A stretch of DNA of 64,000 nt from a virus. How positions within the stretch are numbered: the first letter of the stretch is position 1; every line of letters starts with the position of its first letter. Below the pieces are notes generated by a model, which ran no database searches, had not been told where the DNA came from, and saw only the letters and a program-made list of their open reading frames with translations. Below are positions 18,020 through 27,900 of the stretch, piece after piece. Where the stretch lies: the IMG/VR virus record IMGVR_UViG_3300042305_002533, positions 1 to 64,000 of that record; one strand, 5' to 3'. A program made the position numbers and the translations under genes.

Positions 18020-18535
18020 ATGACCCTCGTAAAACTCATGGAATACAAGGCGATTACCGCCCTGGTCATGGCGACCATCGGGTGGCCCCTTTTGACGGCC
18101 GTTCTGAATCTGATGCTGCGGCGTAAGACCCCCGAGGAGTGGGAGGCCTGGGCAATGAAAAAGCCCGGACTGGCTCTGGGGGTAGAGCTACTCCGGGCCC
18201 TGGGGGTAGACACCCGTAAGGCAGTTCTGGGGTGGCAACGCTATGCCCAGCGAAAGGCGGGCGAGCAGCCCTCTGCCGCGACCGTAGCCGCCGCGACAGA
18301 GAAGCTGCCGCCCGCCCTTGCCGCCGTCCTCAACGATCCGAAGAAGCGCTTGCTTCTTGACGAGGCGCTTCGACTCCTTCAGTCAGCGCCGCCTCCGCCA
18401 GAGCCACGAGCGTCGCTAATGCCGCCTTCCGTTGAGGTGTCAGAATCACGTTCGCCTGAAGGTCAGACAGATAGCTCTTCCACAAGCTCTTCGCCGTCTG
18501 AACCTCAGCCACCTGCTCCTGCGTCAGCACCATAG
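18020..18535 (+). CDS. membrane protein (holin-like candidate)
   Basis: N-terminal hydrophobic helix; Pro/Ser-rich tail; TACCCT-N7-ATG. Confidence 0.5.
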   Translation: MTLVKLMEYKAITALVMATIGWPLLTAVLNLMLRRKTPEEWEAWAMKKPGLALGVELLRALGVDTRKAVLGWQRYAQRKAGEQPSAATVAAATEKLPPALAAVLNDPKKRLLLDEALRLLQSAPPPPEPRASLMPPSVEVSESRSPEGQTDSSSTSSSPSEPQPPAPASAP

Positions 18536-19818
18536 ATATCGACCAGCCTTTCAAAGGCCGCCTGGATCTGGTCGACGTGGCTCTTTTCGCCATCGCCGCC
18601 AAACTCGTGCGACCACTCGTGAACCAGTGTTACCACGAACTTGCCGAGGCTGGCGAGCTGCCCCCTTGAAATGAAGATCTCGCCGCTCTTGTGAAGGCCC
18701 CGCAAGAGCGGGTCGCGGAACGTCACGATGCTGGTGATCTTGCCGGGGTCGGTGTTCAGGATCTTCTGCCCCAGCTTCAGGCCATCAACGAGGACCTTCC
18801 GCTCGGCGGCGTTCAGGTCGTGCAGCTGCACGCGGCTCGTGACTTCCTGCTTGAGCTGCGCCTGAATCTGCTCCTTGGCCGGGAGCTCGCGCTTGAGCAG
18901 GGCGGCGAGCGCCGCCCCGAGCACGACGCCTTTCTTGCCAAAGTGCTCGAACTCGGCCGCCTCACTTACCGAAGCCGTGGGGTAAGCGTCGTCGCCAAAC
19001 TCCTGATGAAACTCTACGAGGAGCGCTTTCGACACCGGGCCGGCGGACGCGTAACGGAAGGCCTCGGCCTCGGCCGACTCGTTACGCATCATCTTGTAGA
19101 GCGCCCCGCCGAGGTCGACGTTTCTCGACGAGAGCTCGCCCCAGATCTGATGGGTCTCGTAGTCCATATCCCACGTGGACGGGATACGGCGGTCGCGGCC
19201 GATGTCGAGCTCGACGAAGTTGTAGCCCGTCGAGTAGTTCGGGCGCGCCGTGCAGTAGACGCCCTTGACAAAGATCTTGCCGACGTAATCGGCGTCGAAG
19301 ATCACTGAGCCGCGACTGGCCGTTTCGACCTTCGTCGGCGCCCGCAACGCCAGGAACATGTCCTGGATCGCCGCCCACGCCTCCGAGTTCACGCCGTGAA
19401 TCTCGACCTTGAAGTCCTTGTTGTCCGCACTTCCCTTGCGGATATTGACGGTCAAGACTTCTTGCCCGAGCTTGTCAGGCTCAATCGAGGGCTGCCACAC
19501 CTCGGACCCATTACGGATCAACAGCTTGTAGCCGAGACGCGCGAAGACCAGCATGGCGATCTTCAGGCCCTCGCCGTACTGGCCGATGTAGCGCACGGAC
19601 CCCTGCTTGGACGTACCGCCAAAATAAAGCGCCTTCGCGTCGACCGTCACGCCCCGGTTGATGAGCGAAAGAATCTCCCGCTTGGGATCATGCTTGGCGG
19701 TGAAGGCCGCGCCATTCTGGGCCTCGCCATCGATGCCGTTGGCCACCAATTCGCGGATGGCCTCGCGAATGGTCCAGTCGCGTACGTAGTCGACAGTGAT
19801 CGGGTACTGAAACTTCAT
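18505..19818 (-). CDS. GHKL (HATPase) ATPase with C-terminal HExxH motif
   Basis: EAIRELVANGID, N.G, IGQYGEGLK; LVHEWSH; AAGGAG RBS. Confidence 0.75.
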   Translation of the reverse strand: MKFQYPITVDYVRDWTIREAIRELVANGIDGEAQNGAAFTAKHDPKREILSLINRGVTVDAKALYFGGTSKQGSVRYIGQYGEGLKIAMLVFARLGYKLLIRNGSEVWQPSIEPDKLGQEVLTVNIRKGSADNKDFKVEIHGVNSEAWAAIQDMFLALRAPTKVETASRGSVIFDADYVGKIFVKGVYCTARPNYSTGYNFVELDIGRDRRIPSTWDMDYETHQIWGELSSRNVDLGGALYKMMRNESAEAEAFRYASAGPVSKALLVEFHQEFGDDAYPTASVSEAAEFEHFGKKGVVLGAALAALLKRELPAKEQIQAQLKQEVTSRVQLHDLNAAERKVLVDGLKLGQKILNTDPGKITSIVTFRDPLLRGLHKSGEIFISRGQLASLGKFVVTLVHEWSHEFGGDGEKSHVDQIQAAFERLVDIYGADAGAGG

Positions 19819-19861
19819 GGGACACTCCTTCTGCAGCGGCCACAATGGCCGCGTGCGAAGG

Positions 19862-19888
19862 CTTGTACCCGTTACTTTTCTGGATTTT
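19862..19888 (-). promoter_or_regulatory. phage promoter motif variant AAAA-N15-GGTACAAG
   Basis: Upstream of the GHKL gene. Confidence 0.5.
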
Positions 19889-20243
19889 CGATCGTGATGG
19901 GGCGAAGGATGTCGTCTGAGAAGTAGACGTACTCAACCCACTCTGACGTCTTGACGGGTGTGGGGAGCGCCTCGTACTTTTTGTTAAAGAAAACGTCAGC
20001 CGTTTTCTTTGCCAGCCCTGGGCCTCCAGGGCGCTTTGGCCTGTGCCTTAATCGCAAAATCAACTTGGGCTCAGCGTCGCTCAAGTTTATCTTGCGGATC
20101 TGCGCCTGAGCCTGAAGGCCGGACTGAAGAGGATCGAAGTGGTCGGAGACGTGAAACTCCTCGCCTTCGTCTTCAGCGGCCTTGATGTATTTCCGGAGGC
20201 TGTGCGCCTTGTGCAATACGAAAAGAAACTCGTAATGCTCCAT
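19872..20243 (-). CDS. hypothetical protein
   Basis: ORF in gene string. Confidence 0.55.
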   Translation of the reverse strand: MEHYEFLFVLHKAHSLRKYIKAAEDEGEEFHVSDHFDPLQSGLQAQAQIRKINLSDAEPKLILRLRHRPKRPGGPGLAKKTADVFFNKKYEALPTPVKTSEWVEYVYFSDDILRPITIENPEK

Positions 20244-20244
20244 G

Positions 20245-20649
20245 TCACTTTGGATTGGGGATTTTGGGCAGAGACTGCGCGTAGTACTTGAATGCCATTT
20301 CGCGGATCTCGTTGATGCGGTCTTGCTTAACCGGACAGTCTCGGGCGTTCAGCGTATTCAACGCCGCGAGCTCCACCGCAAAGATCGTCTGCTCGGGGGC
20401 AAGCTGCATTTCAGATGCGCACAGCGCAATGAACCTGGTGACCCGGACAGCGGCTTCTTTCCCTTCGCCAAAAGGATCAACCGACGGCTTCTTCTTCGCG
20501 CTCAGCCCCAGCGGATCTTTTACGCTGCGCTCCTCAGGGACCTCCGGCCGCGTGACCCAGGCTGCGGTATCTTCAAGTTTCTCGTAGGTCTTGGCCAGAT
20601 CATCAAGCGCACGGCTTTGGCCTTCCACGTAAAACCGGCCCTTGCTCAC
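20245..20649 (-). CDS. hypothetical protein
   Basis: Coupled ORF. Confidence 0.6.
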   Translation of the reverse strand: MSKGRFYVEGQSRALDDLAKTYEKLEDTAAWVTRPEVPEERSVKDPLGLSAKKKPSVDPFGEGKEAAVRVTRFIALCASEMQLAPEQTIFAVELAALNTLNARDCPVKQDRINEIREMAFKYYAQSLPKIPNPK

Positions 20650-20912
20650 GGCGTCTTCTCCGGAACGAGTTCAATCGCGCTGGTGCACTCGGTGCGCGTA
20701 CCGGCGCGCTCAACCACCAGAAGTTGGGACCGCGTCGTGCCGGGCGGAGCGCGCTTGACGTCGAGGTCAAAAGGCTCGGCCTTGTCCCACTCCTTCGGGG
20801 GATAAACCGACCGGACTTTACAGTGGCCGTACCAGACTTCTTTCTTCTTACCCGCTACGTACTTGTACTGCTGGGAGAAGTGGGCGCAATTCGCGCAGGG
20901 GATTCGGTTCAT
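20646..20912 (-). CDS. small Cys-rich protein
   Basis: CANCAHF..GHC..C. Confidence 0.6.
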   Translation of the reverse strand: MNRIPCANCAHFSQQYKYVAGKKKEVWYGHCKVRSVYPPKEWDKAEPFDLDVKRAPPGTTRSQLLVVERAGTRTECTSAIELVPEKTP

Positions 20913-21394
20913 GACTTCCTCGCAATGATGACGTCGTGGTCTTCGAGAGATTTACGGGCCTTCGCGCTCTGCGCCTTCGCGTCTAAAAGCGCCAAGGCGA
21001 TTCGGTCAATCGCCATGAGCTTTGCCATCTTCTCGTCAAACGAGCTCGCCTTCACGTAGAGCGTCAGGGCGCCAAGATTCATGGTGACTTTCGGCGCCAG
21101 TAATTTCTGTGCGTCGAGCACGATCGACTGCCGTGTAAACTCCCCAGAGAGCGACTTGTCGACTTTCAGCGTCGCATCAATCGCGCGTCCAAGCGCGTCC
21201 TGAGCGTACTTTGATAGCTTCGCGCCATCGCGCTCCAAGCTAAAAAAAGCGACGGTGACTTGAAAGGCGCGCCCGTCGAAGGTCATTTCACGACGCGGCA
21301 CACCTTCGACAGACTCTTCGGCAATGCGTTCGGTACGCTCGACCGCAGAGTTTTGGTCAGGTTTTGCCCATGGGCTGAGCACACCTTTGGTCAT
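20909..21394 (-). CDS. hypothetical protein
   Basis: Coupled ORF. Confidence 0.6.
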   Translation of the reverse strand: MTKGVLSPWAKPDQNSAVERTERIAEESVEGVPRREMTFDGRAFQVTVAFFSLERDGAKLSKYAQDALGRAIDATLKVDKSLSGEFTRQSIVLDAQKLLAPKVTMNLGALTLYVKASSFDEKMAKLMAIDRIALALLDAKAQSAKARKSLEDHDVIIARKS

Positions 21395-21849
21395 GGCGTC
21401 CCCGACAGCTGCGGATCGTGACAGTCGTAGTGGACCATCTCGTACTCAGCGGCGCACTGGACGGCCTTGGCCCCGGTGTCCGGGTCCTTGCCGATGCCCT
21501 CGACAATGATGGTCGGAACCACACGGTCTCCGCGCACAAACCGTTTCTTGCAGCGGGCGCAGATATAATCAGGGACTCGCGCGCCCAGGGTCACGACGTC
21601 GGTATCCATTTTCAACGCGCTTCTTGGAAGGTCGATAAACGGGCCGTCAAGGGCGGCGTTCGGACAGTGAACGTGAGCGTACTCCTCGCCTTCAGAGACG
21701 TAGAGGCACTCACCCGCACCCTTCGGATGCGGGCCGATGCCCGCCACGATCTTGATCTCCGTCAATCGATCGTGGCGGGCAAAGACCTTCCGGCATTTAG
21801 CGCAAGTATCCGGCCCGGTGCGGACGGAAACTTCTCTCCGATACTCCAC
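21391..21849 (-). CDS. tandem zinc-finger (CxxC...HxxC x2) protein
   Basis: Internal duplication CAKC.K.F...DR..GIG..HVHC / CARC.K.F..GDR..GIG..HYDC. Confidence 0.65.
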   Translation of the reverse strand: MEYRREVSVRTGPDTCAKCRKVFARHDRLTEIKIVAGIGPHPKGAGECLYVSEGEEYAHVHCPNAALDGPFIDLPRSALKMDTDVVTLGARVPDYICARCKKRFVRGDRVVPTIIVEGIGKDPDTGAKAVQCAAEYEMVHYDCHDPQLSGTP

Positions 21850-21861
21850 CGGGAGACATTA

Positions 21862-23850
21862 TCACACTTTTGTTGAAAGCAACGCCAAGAGCTTTTTTGT
21901 CGACGCGTAGTCCGGGTTGTGCGGGTGCGGGATCGAGTTACGAATGGTCGGCGCGTAGCCTTTGTTCCGACCAAACACGCGGTTGTCGAGCACTGCGACG
22001 ACCCCCATGTCCGTCTCCCGGCGAATCAAGCGCCCGGCGCCCTGCTTGAAGTCCATGATCGCCTCCTGCAAGTCATAGTGCTGCCACGCGATGATCGAGG
22101 CCTTGTTTGCGTCGGCACCGTCTTTGATCTGGCGCTCGATGTACCGATTTTTTCGCGCCGTGAAAACCGGATCGTCGGGATTGGGGAATGGCAGCCGAGG
22201 GATGATCACCAACCGCAATCCGAACCCCGGGATGTCAACGCCTTCCCAGAGCGACTTCATGCCGATCGCCACGGCATTCTTTGTCGCCTTGAACCAGCCG
22301 ATCAAATTGTCGACGTTTCCACTTTGAGCCCGCACCTCGTAGGTGGTCCCGCCCAGGCCTGCCAGTCGGTCGTAAAACGCCGTCATGTCTTCGTACGACG
22401 CGCACAAGATAAACGCGCCGCCGCGCGATGCAGAACACATGTCGTGCATGGTCGCTGCGCAAGTTCGCCAGTACTCGAGCTTTGTGTCGCGCGCGTACGG
22501 GGCGGTCACATCGCTCACGTAAAGACAGGACCGCGCCTTGTAATCAAAGACCGGCGGTAAGATCCGCCCGACCTTGATGTCCGAAGACCTCAGTCCGAAG
22601 TCACGCGAGACATAGTCAAAGTTTCCGCCCGTTGACAGTGTGGCGCTGGTAAAGACAACGGAATCTATCCGCCGAAGCGCGGGCCCGACGAGCGGCCCGA
22701 TTTCGATGGGCGTCACGATGACTTCGCGATGCATTTCATTTCGATGCATCCGCGTCTCGACGTAACTTACGTAATCCTGGAGCTGCAGCCCCTGTTTCAA
22801 AAACACCTCGTCAAGGCGCAGGGCACAAGCCGAACAGGCCTCGGTCATCCGCTGCGTCAAGGTGGCGGCGGCGCGCAGTCGACTGAGCTCTTTGGCGGGC
22901 TTGCCGGCGTAGCGGTCGTCTTCTTCATCCGCAGCTGCAAGCTCAGACCAGACGCCCTCGTTTATAAACTGCTGCTTCAACCGGGCGAGGTCTTGCAGGA
23001 CGCCGAGGGCGTTATCCACAACGCGTTGATTGGGCTGAAGGATGCCGCGCTCGGGGAGGTCGGCGAGAAAACGGCCGACCTTCGACTCCAGCGTCTCGGG
23101 AACAACCAGGCTGGTGTCCTGCAAAAGCTTGCGGAGCGTGTCAGGTTGCTTGCTCTGAATCCGGGAGGTGTAAGCTTCCCGAAAGTACTTGGCCGCCTGG
23201 TGCGCCTCGTCGATGATCACCGCGTCGTAGGGCCCAACGATCTTACCGCCGCCCATCGAAAGGTCGAACGCGAGGAGCGCGTGATTGACAACGACGATCT
23301 GCGCGCAGCCTGCTCGTGATTTTGCCAACCGATAGCCGCACGAGCCGTAAGCCTCGCAGTGCGTCCCGATGCATTCACTAACGCGCACATAGTTTACGAA
23401 GTCGACATCCTCGTTGAAGTCGTCGAGCTCGCCGTAGGTGTTTGTTTCGAGCCACGCGCAGAAGTCAGAAATGGCGTTGATGTCAAACCGTAAAGCGGCG
23501 TCGGACTTAACGAAGTCGGCAGTGCGCAACCGACAGCCGTAATTGTTTTTGCCTTTGAGTGAGGCGAAAGAAACCGTCGCGCCCATCTGCTTCAAAAGAA
23601 ATGGCAGGTCGTCATCGCGGAGCTGCTTTTGAAGCCCCTTCTTCGCGGTGGACACCACGACCCGCTTCCCGCTCAAGATGGCCGGCACGAGGTAACCAAA
23701 GCTCTTGCCGGTCCCCGTGCCGGCCTCGATCATCGCGACTCCTTTTTCTTGTAAAATCTTCTCGACCGTCGTAGCCATTTCCACTTGCGCCGGTCGGATT
23801 GTGCGGGCGATACCCTTCGCCGGATCAGACAGCCATTCTGCTGCACCCAT
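21862..23850 (-). CDS. dinG: DinG/YoaA-family Fe-S helicase
   Basis: RPAQ, EAGTGTGKS, LKGKNNY.C, VVVNHALL, DEAH, TSATL, WEGVD, QGAGRLIR. Confidence 0.92.
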   Translation of the reverse strand: MGAAEWLSDPAKGIARTIRPAQVEMATTVEKILQEKGVAMIEAGTGTGKSFGYLVPAILSGKRVVVSTAKKGLQKQLRDDDLPFLLKQMGATVSFASLKGKNNYGCRLRTADFVKSDAALRFDINAISDFCAWLETNTYGELDDFNEDVDFVNYVRVSECIGTHCEAYGSCGYRLAKSRAGCAQIVVVNHALLAFDLSMGGGKIVGPYDAVIIDEAHQAAKYFREAYTSRIQSKQPDTLRKLLQDTSLVVPETLESKVGRFLADLPERGILQPNQRVVDNALGVLQDLARLKQQFINEGVWSELAAADEEDDRYAGKPAKELSRLRAAATLTQRMTEACSACALRLDEVFLKQGLQLQDYVSYVETRMHRNEMHREVIVTPIEIGPLVGPALRRIDSVVFTSATLSTGGNFDYVSRDFGLRSSDIKVGRILPPVFDYKARSCLYVSDVTAPYARDTKLEYWRTCAATMHDMCSASRGGAFILCASYEDMTAFYDRLAGLGGTTYEVRAQSGNVDNLIGWFKATKNAVAIGMKSLWEGVDIPGFGLRLVIIPRLPFPNPDDPVFTARKNRYIERQIKDGADANKASIIAWQHYDLQEAIMDFKQGAGRLIRRETDMGVVAVLDNRVFGRNKGYAPTIRNSIPHPHNPDYASTKKLLALLSTKV

Positions 23851-23911
23851 GTTTTTCTCCTACCGCGTGACAAATACGCGGCAAGGCCATATACCACGAA
23901 CAGGTGTAAAA

Positions 23912-24499
23912 ATGCCCATTCAACGTCCCGGAAAGTACATGGCAGACGAACTGGCAAAGGCCGCTCTTGAAGACGAACCTGAGCCTGCCGCTGCGCCCGA
24001 AACCGAACCGAAGCCTGCGCCCGAAGAAGCTACGCGCAAGTCGCCGATTGAGCGCTGGCGCGACGCCATTGAGGCTGCCGGCATCACGGAAGAAGAAGCT
24101 GACAAAGTTCTCGACGCCGTGTTGGCGCAGGGCTACTACGAAAAGGCCTACAAGGTTTTCCGTGGCCGTTTGACCGTCGTTCTGCGCTCGCGTGATTCGG
24201 CCGCTCTTCAGCGGGTGTCGGATGCGCTCGACGCCGTCCGGACAAACGACCTGCGTGTGCACACGCAGACCATGAATCGTTACAACCTGGCGGCGTCGTT
24301 GGTTCGCTATCAGGACAAGGTGTTCAAACATCCAGCTCCGAACGCCGATCCGGTTGAGCGCGAACGTGCGTTTTCTGACCGGCTCTCGTTTATCGATTCC
24401 ATCCCGGCGCCGGTGCTGCTTCAGCTTTATGCCGTTCTCGGTAAATTCGATTCAATCGTCTTTGCCGCGCTCAGCGAGGGCGCAGAGATGGGTTTCTAG
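23912..24499 (+). CDS. tail assembly chaperone (G-like)
   Basis: Lies before the tape measure gene and ends in slippery G GGT TTC TAG; alternative start at 23939. Confidence 0.7.
   Translation: MPIQRPGKYMADELAKAALEDEPEPAAAPETEPKPAPEEATRKSPIERWRDAIEAAGITEEEADKVLDAVLAQGYYEKAYKVFRGRLTVVLRSRDSAALQRVSDALDAVRTNDLRVHTQTMNRYNLAASLVRYQDKVFKHPAPNADPVERERAFSDRLSFIDSIPAPVLLQLYAVLGKFDSIVFAALSEGAEMGF
24490..24496 (+). other. -1 programmed frameshift site GGGTTTC
   Basis: X XXY YYZ in the correct frame; the -1 frame runs unbroken into ORF 24514-24918. Confidence 0.75.
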
Positions 24500-24513
24500 C
24501 ATCCCCGTCAGGG

Positions 24514-24918
24514 TTGGCGCGGTCCCGCTCTGCGGCGCAGGGAGTCGCGTTGCCCCGGCGGGGGACGTTCCAAGACGTGCTTCTCCAGGAAGTAGATTAT
24601 CGAGAAAGAAATCTGCGCTTTTCTGAGCTGTCGCTTTTTGCGCTTTTGATGGAGAGCCTTTTGATGGTCAATATCGAAATGCTTCCAGGCGATGCAAAAC
24701 AACTACAGGCGATGAAAAGCCAGTTGTCGTCGCAAATACAAAAGCTCATGAGCAAATACGAGGCGGAACTTTACCAAGACCGATATTTGCCCGACTACCA
24801 GAAAGCCATGCGTGAAATTTCACGTCGTGAAAAAGAAGCCGAGGAGGAGAAGCGCCGTCGGGATCAAGCCGCGCTTGACCGCGTGGCTGAATTCGATGCG
24901 GCGGATTCTTCGGCGTAG
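24514..24918 (+). CDS. tail assembly chaperone frameshift extension (T-like)
   Basis: Weak TTG start; sits in the -1 frame of the upstream gene. Confidence 0.65.
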   Translation: MARSRSAAQGVALPRRGTFQDVLLQEVDYRERNLRFSELSLFALLMESLLMVNIEMLPGDAKQLQAMKSQLSSQIQKLMSKYEAELYQDRYLPDYQKAMREISRREKEAEEEKRRRDQAALDRVAEFDAADSSA

Positions 24919-24930
24919 TACACTTTCCGC

Positions 24931-27900
24931 ATGCCCGATTTTGATCCGTCGGCCCCGGTCGATTACAACTCGATGCAGCAGCAGGCCGGGCTGACGCCGC
25001 CGCAGATACAGTTTGCGCCCACCGTATTTCCCGGCCAGGTGTCGGCCGCCCTAGCCCAAGGAGGCCCTTCAGCGGTCTCATTCGTTACGCAGGGCAGCGC
25101 TGGCACCAGCTTCGGCGCGGGAATGTTCCCGGGGCAGCAGCTTCAGGGATTCACAAACCAAGCGCCGATGTTTCAAGGGCCCACCGGCGTTATGATGCCG
25201 ATGGCCGCTGCCGCATCTTTTAATCCCTACGGCCCCATGAACCCTTATGCGGGCCTGGCTGCGCGGGGGGCCTATTCTGGCCCGCCGGGGCTGTTTACGC
25301 CCATGGCGCCGATGCCTCCGCCAGCGTATGCGGGCCAAATGGCGCAAGCGCCGTTCACGCCCCCGCCCGCAGCAGCGCAGTTCAATATGGCGTACGCTGC
25401 GGATCTAGAGCAACAACAGGGATTAGCCGACGGATCTTACTTATCCAATTTCGGCTACGCCGGTATCGGCGCGCGTATCGGCGCCAATGCCATTGGCGGG
25501 ATCGGCGGCGCCATGCTTGGCGCGAATCTTGGCCGCCGCATGGGCGGCCGTTTTGGAATGGTTGGCGCGGCAATCGGCGGCTTAGCTGGATTTTTTGGCT
25601 CAGAAGCGTTGGGCGTTGGGAACTTTGCCCAGAACACGTTCATGAATCAAATTGCGTCGCCCTTTATCCAACAGCGCGCAATCGCAGGCGGGATTGAAGA
25701 GCTATCGCAAGAGTTTGTGAACGCCGGCCCTGGGCTACATGCTCGGGGTCGCGGCTTCAGCCATCACGCCTCGGCCGAAGTGGCCCGAGGGCTTCGGGAC
25801 TTGGCGAACTCATCGCAATTTCAACAGCAAACAGGAGAACGATTTAACCAACAGGATCTTTTGCAAATTACACAAAGCGCCGCCCGTTCTGACATGATGA
25901 CGGGAGTTCAAAACCCCGGGCAGATGGTTTCCCGTGTCCGTGATATTGCCAAGTCCCTAACGTCATTCATGGAGCTTGCGCAAGAGCCCGACATTCAACG
26001 CGCGATCTCAACAATGGGCCAGCTGCGCTCGTCGGGGTTGAACCTTAGCGAGACCACACGCGCGGTAGCCCAGGGCCGGCAGTTCGCACGGATGGCCGGC
26101 ACGTCGTTCGGGGAGCTGATGGACGTCGGCGGAGCCCTCGGCTCGCAGACGTTTCAGTCGATGGGGTTGACCCAAGGGCTAGGGCTTCAAACCGGCATGC
26201 AGAACTATGCGCTTGCTCGTGGAGCGCAGCTCGGTGGAACGCTGAATCCGCAGATGATGAATCTGGTCGGCGGTGCGCAGGGGCTAAGCAATCTCAATAA
26301 CCTTTTCAGTGCCAGCACCCTGCAAATGTCCATGCTCGCTCCGAGCGTTATGTCTGCGAGCGGCGGCGTGAACACGGGGGCGTTGCAGAATCTGATCGGC
26401 GGCGGCACCAACGCGTTCAGTCAGACGACGAGCGCGACCGCTGCTCTGCAAGCCATGACGGGGCGCCAAGGCGTCGGGGGCCTCGGCATGGCCATCGCCA
26501 TGCAGCCGCTAATGCAGGACACGATCGGCCGGGCGCTGCAAGCGCAAGGGCCATTCGCGCAGCGCAATTTCGAAGACCGCAACGTCCTAAACACCATGCG
26601 TCAAATGGGCATGACGGGGGCTGGCGGATTTATCACCATGGCGCAAACCATGGGGATGGACCGCAATCAAGCGGTCGCCCGGGCTCAAGAACTTAGCGAC
26701 CCTGCCTACTACGAGCGGCAGCGGGCCCAGATTGAAACAGCGCGTCGCGAAAATCGCCGGGCTGAGTTGGACCGCTATGAGCAAGAGCGCCCCGGATTTT
26801 TCGATGAGGCTACACGAATAGATTCCACAGGACTTTTACGGCAGGCTCGCCGCTTTGGCGCGGGGACGCGGCAGGCCTACCGTCATTTAGGGCATCTGGG
26901 CGCGGAGATGGCGGGCGTCAGCGCGCCGCTTGAATACGAAAACGCGGAGAACGCCCGAGACCTTCGAGGAACATTTGACCGCGATCTTCGCGGCGCCGCC
27001 CGGGAAGTTGAAAGCGGAATGCGCCCGCGAGGGTTATCTCTTGGGCGCCGCCTGTCTACGGAGTACGCCCTGAGCGAAGCGCAAGGCAATCGCGGGCTCG
27101 TCGCGGCGTTCGACGCCCTAGGCGGGCTATACGATGCTCCCGGAGATCAAGAAGGTCGCGAAGGGCGCGTTCGAGAGTTGAGAAACGTGGGGCGGTTTGC
27201 GGATACGCTGTTGAACACCTCGTCTCAACGCGAGCGCGCCGCTTTAAGGAACAGGGCGGCTGCCTTCGGGGCAGGACCTGAGGGTTTAAACCGCGCCGCC
27301 GAGTTTGCTGTCGCCGCTACGCGCGCGATGAGCGGGAGGACAGGCGGAGGCCTGTCAGAAGAGGGCGGCGCCGCTTTAAACCTCGGAGTTCGCGGTGTAG
27401 CGCAGATCTATTCACGAGGCATGTTAGACCCAGGCAATCTGGTTGGACGCGGGACTGCACGCCAAACCGATTTGGAACAAGCCTACGTAAACTCCATGCG
27501 CGGCAGTGGCCGTCGCGAAGAAGAGGTCCGCCGTTATTTCCGAGAACACGCCCCTGAAATAACAGAACAATCCAGCTCTTTGGCCAATCTGGTAATGACT
27601 CCGGAAGAGCGGGCGGCCAGTCGCGATACGGCGCAACGAGGCCAAGCCCTCGCGGGCTATGGGGATACTGGATTTGTTGAAGCCGCGCGCGGGCGGCAGC
27701 GTGAAGGTTTACAGGCCATGTTCGGTCGCGGCTTTGAGGCTACTGACACGAATAGGCAAGCCGTCCGAGGCATCTTTGACCGAGCTGCGGCGCTTGGAGA
27801 ATTCGGCGCTAACGCGGCTGAGCGACGGGGGTCGCGTGAAGCGATGGCCACAATGGCGATGTATCAGGCGGTCATTGCGAATCCGCGTACGGATCCGGCG

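Noticed and set aside
23-23319. Many plus-strand ORFs antisense to real genes (e.g. 23-523, 15069-15755, 18691-19308, 21919-22560)
   Set aside because: They are shadow ORFs caused by high GC3, with no motifs or ribosome-binding sites.
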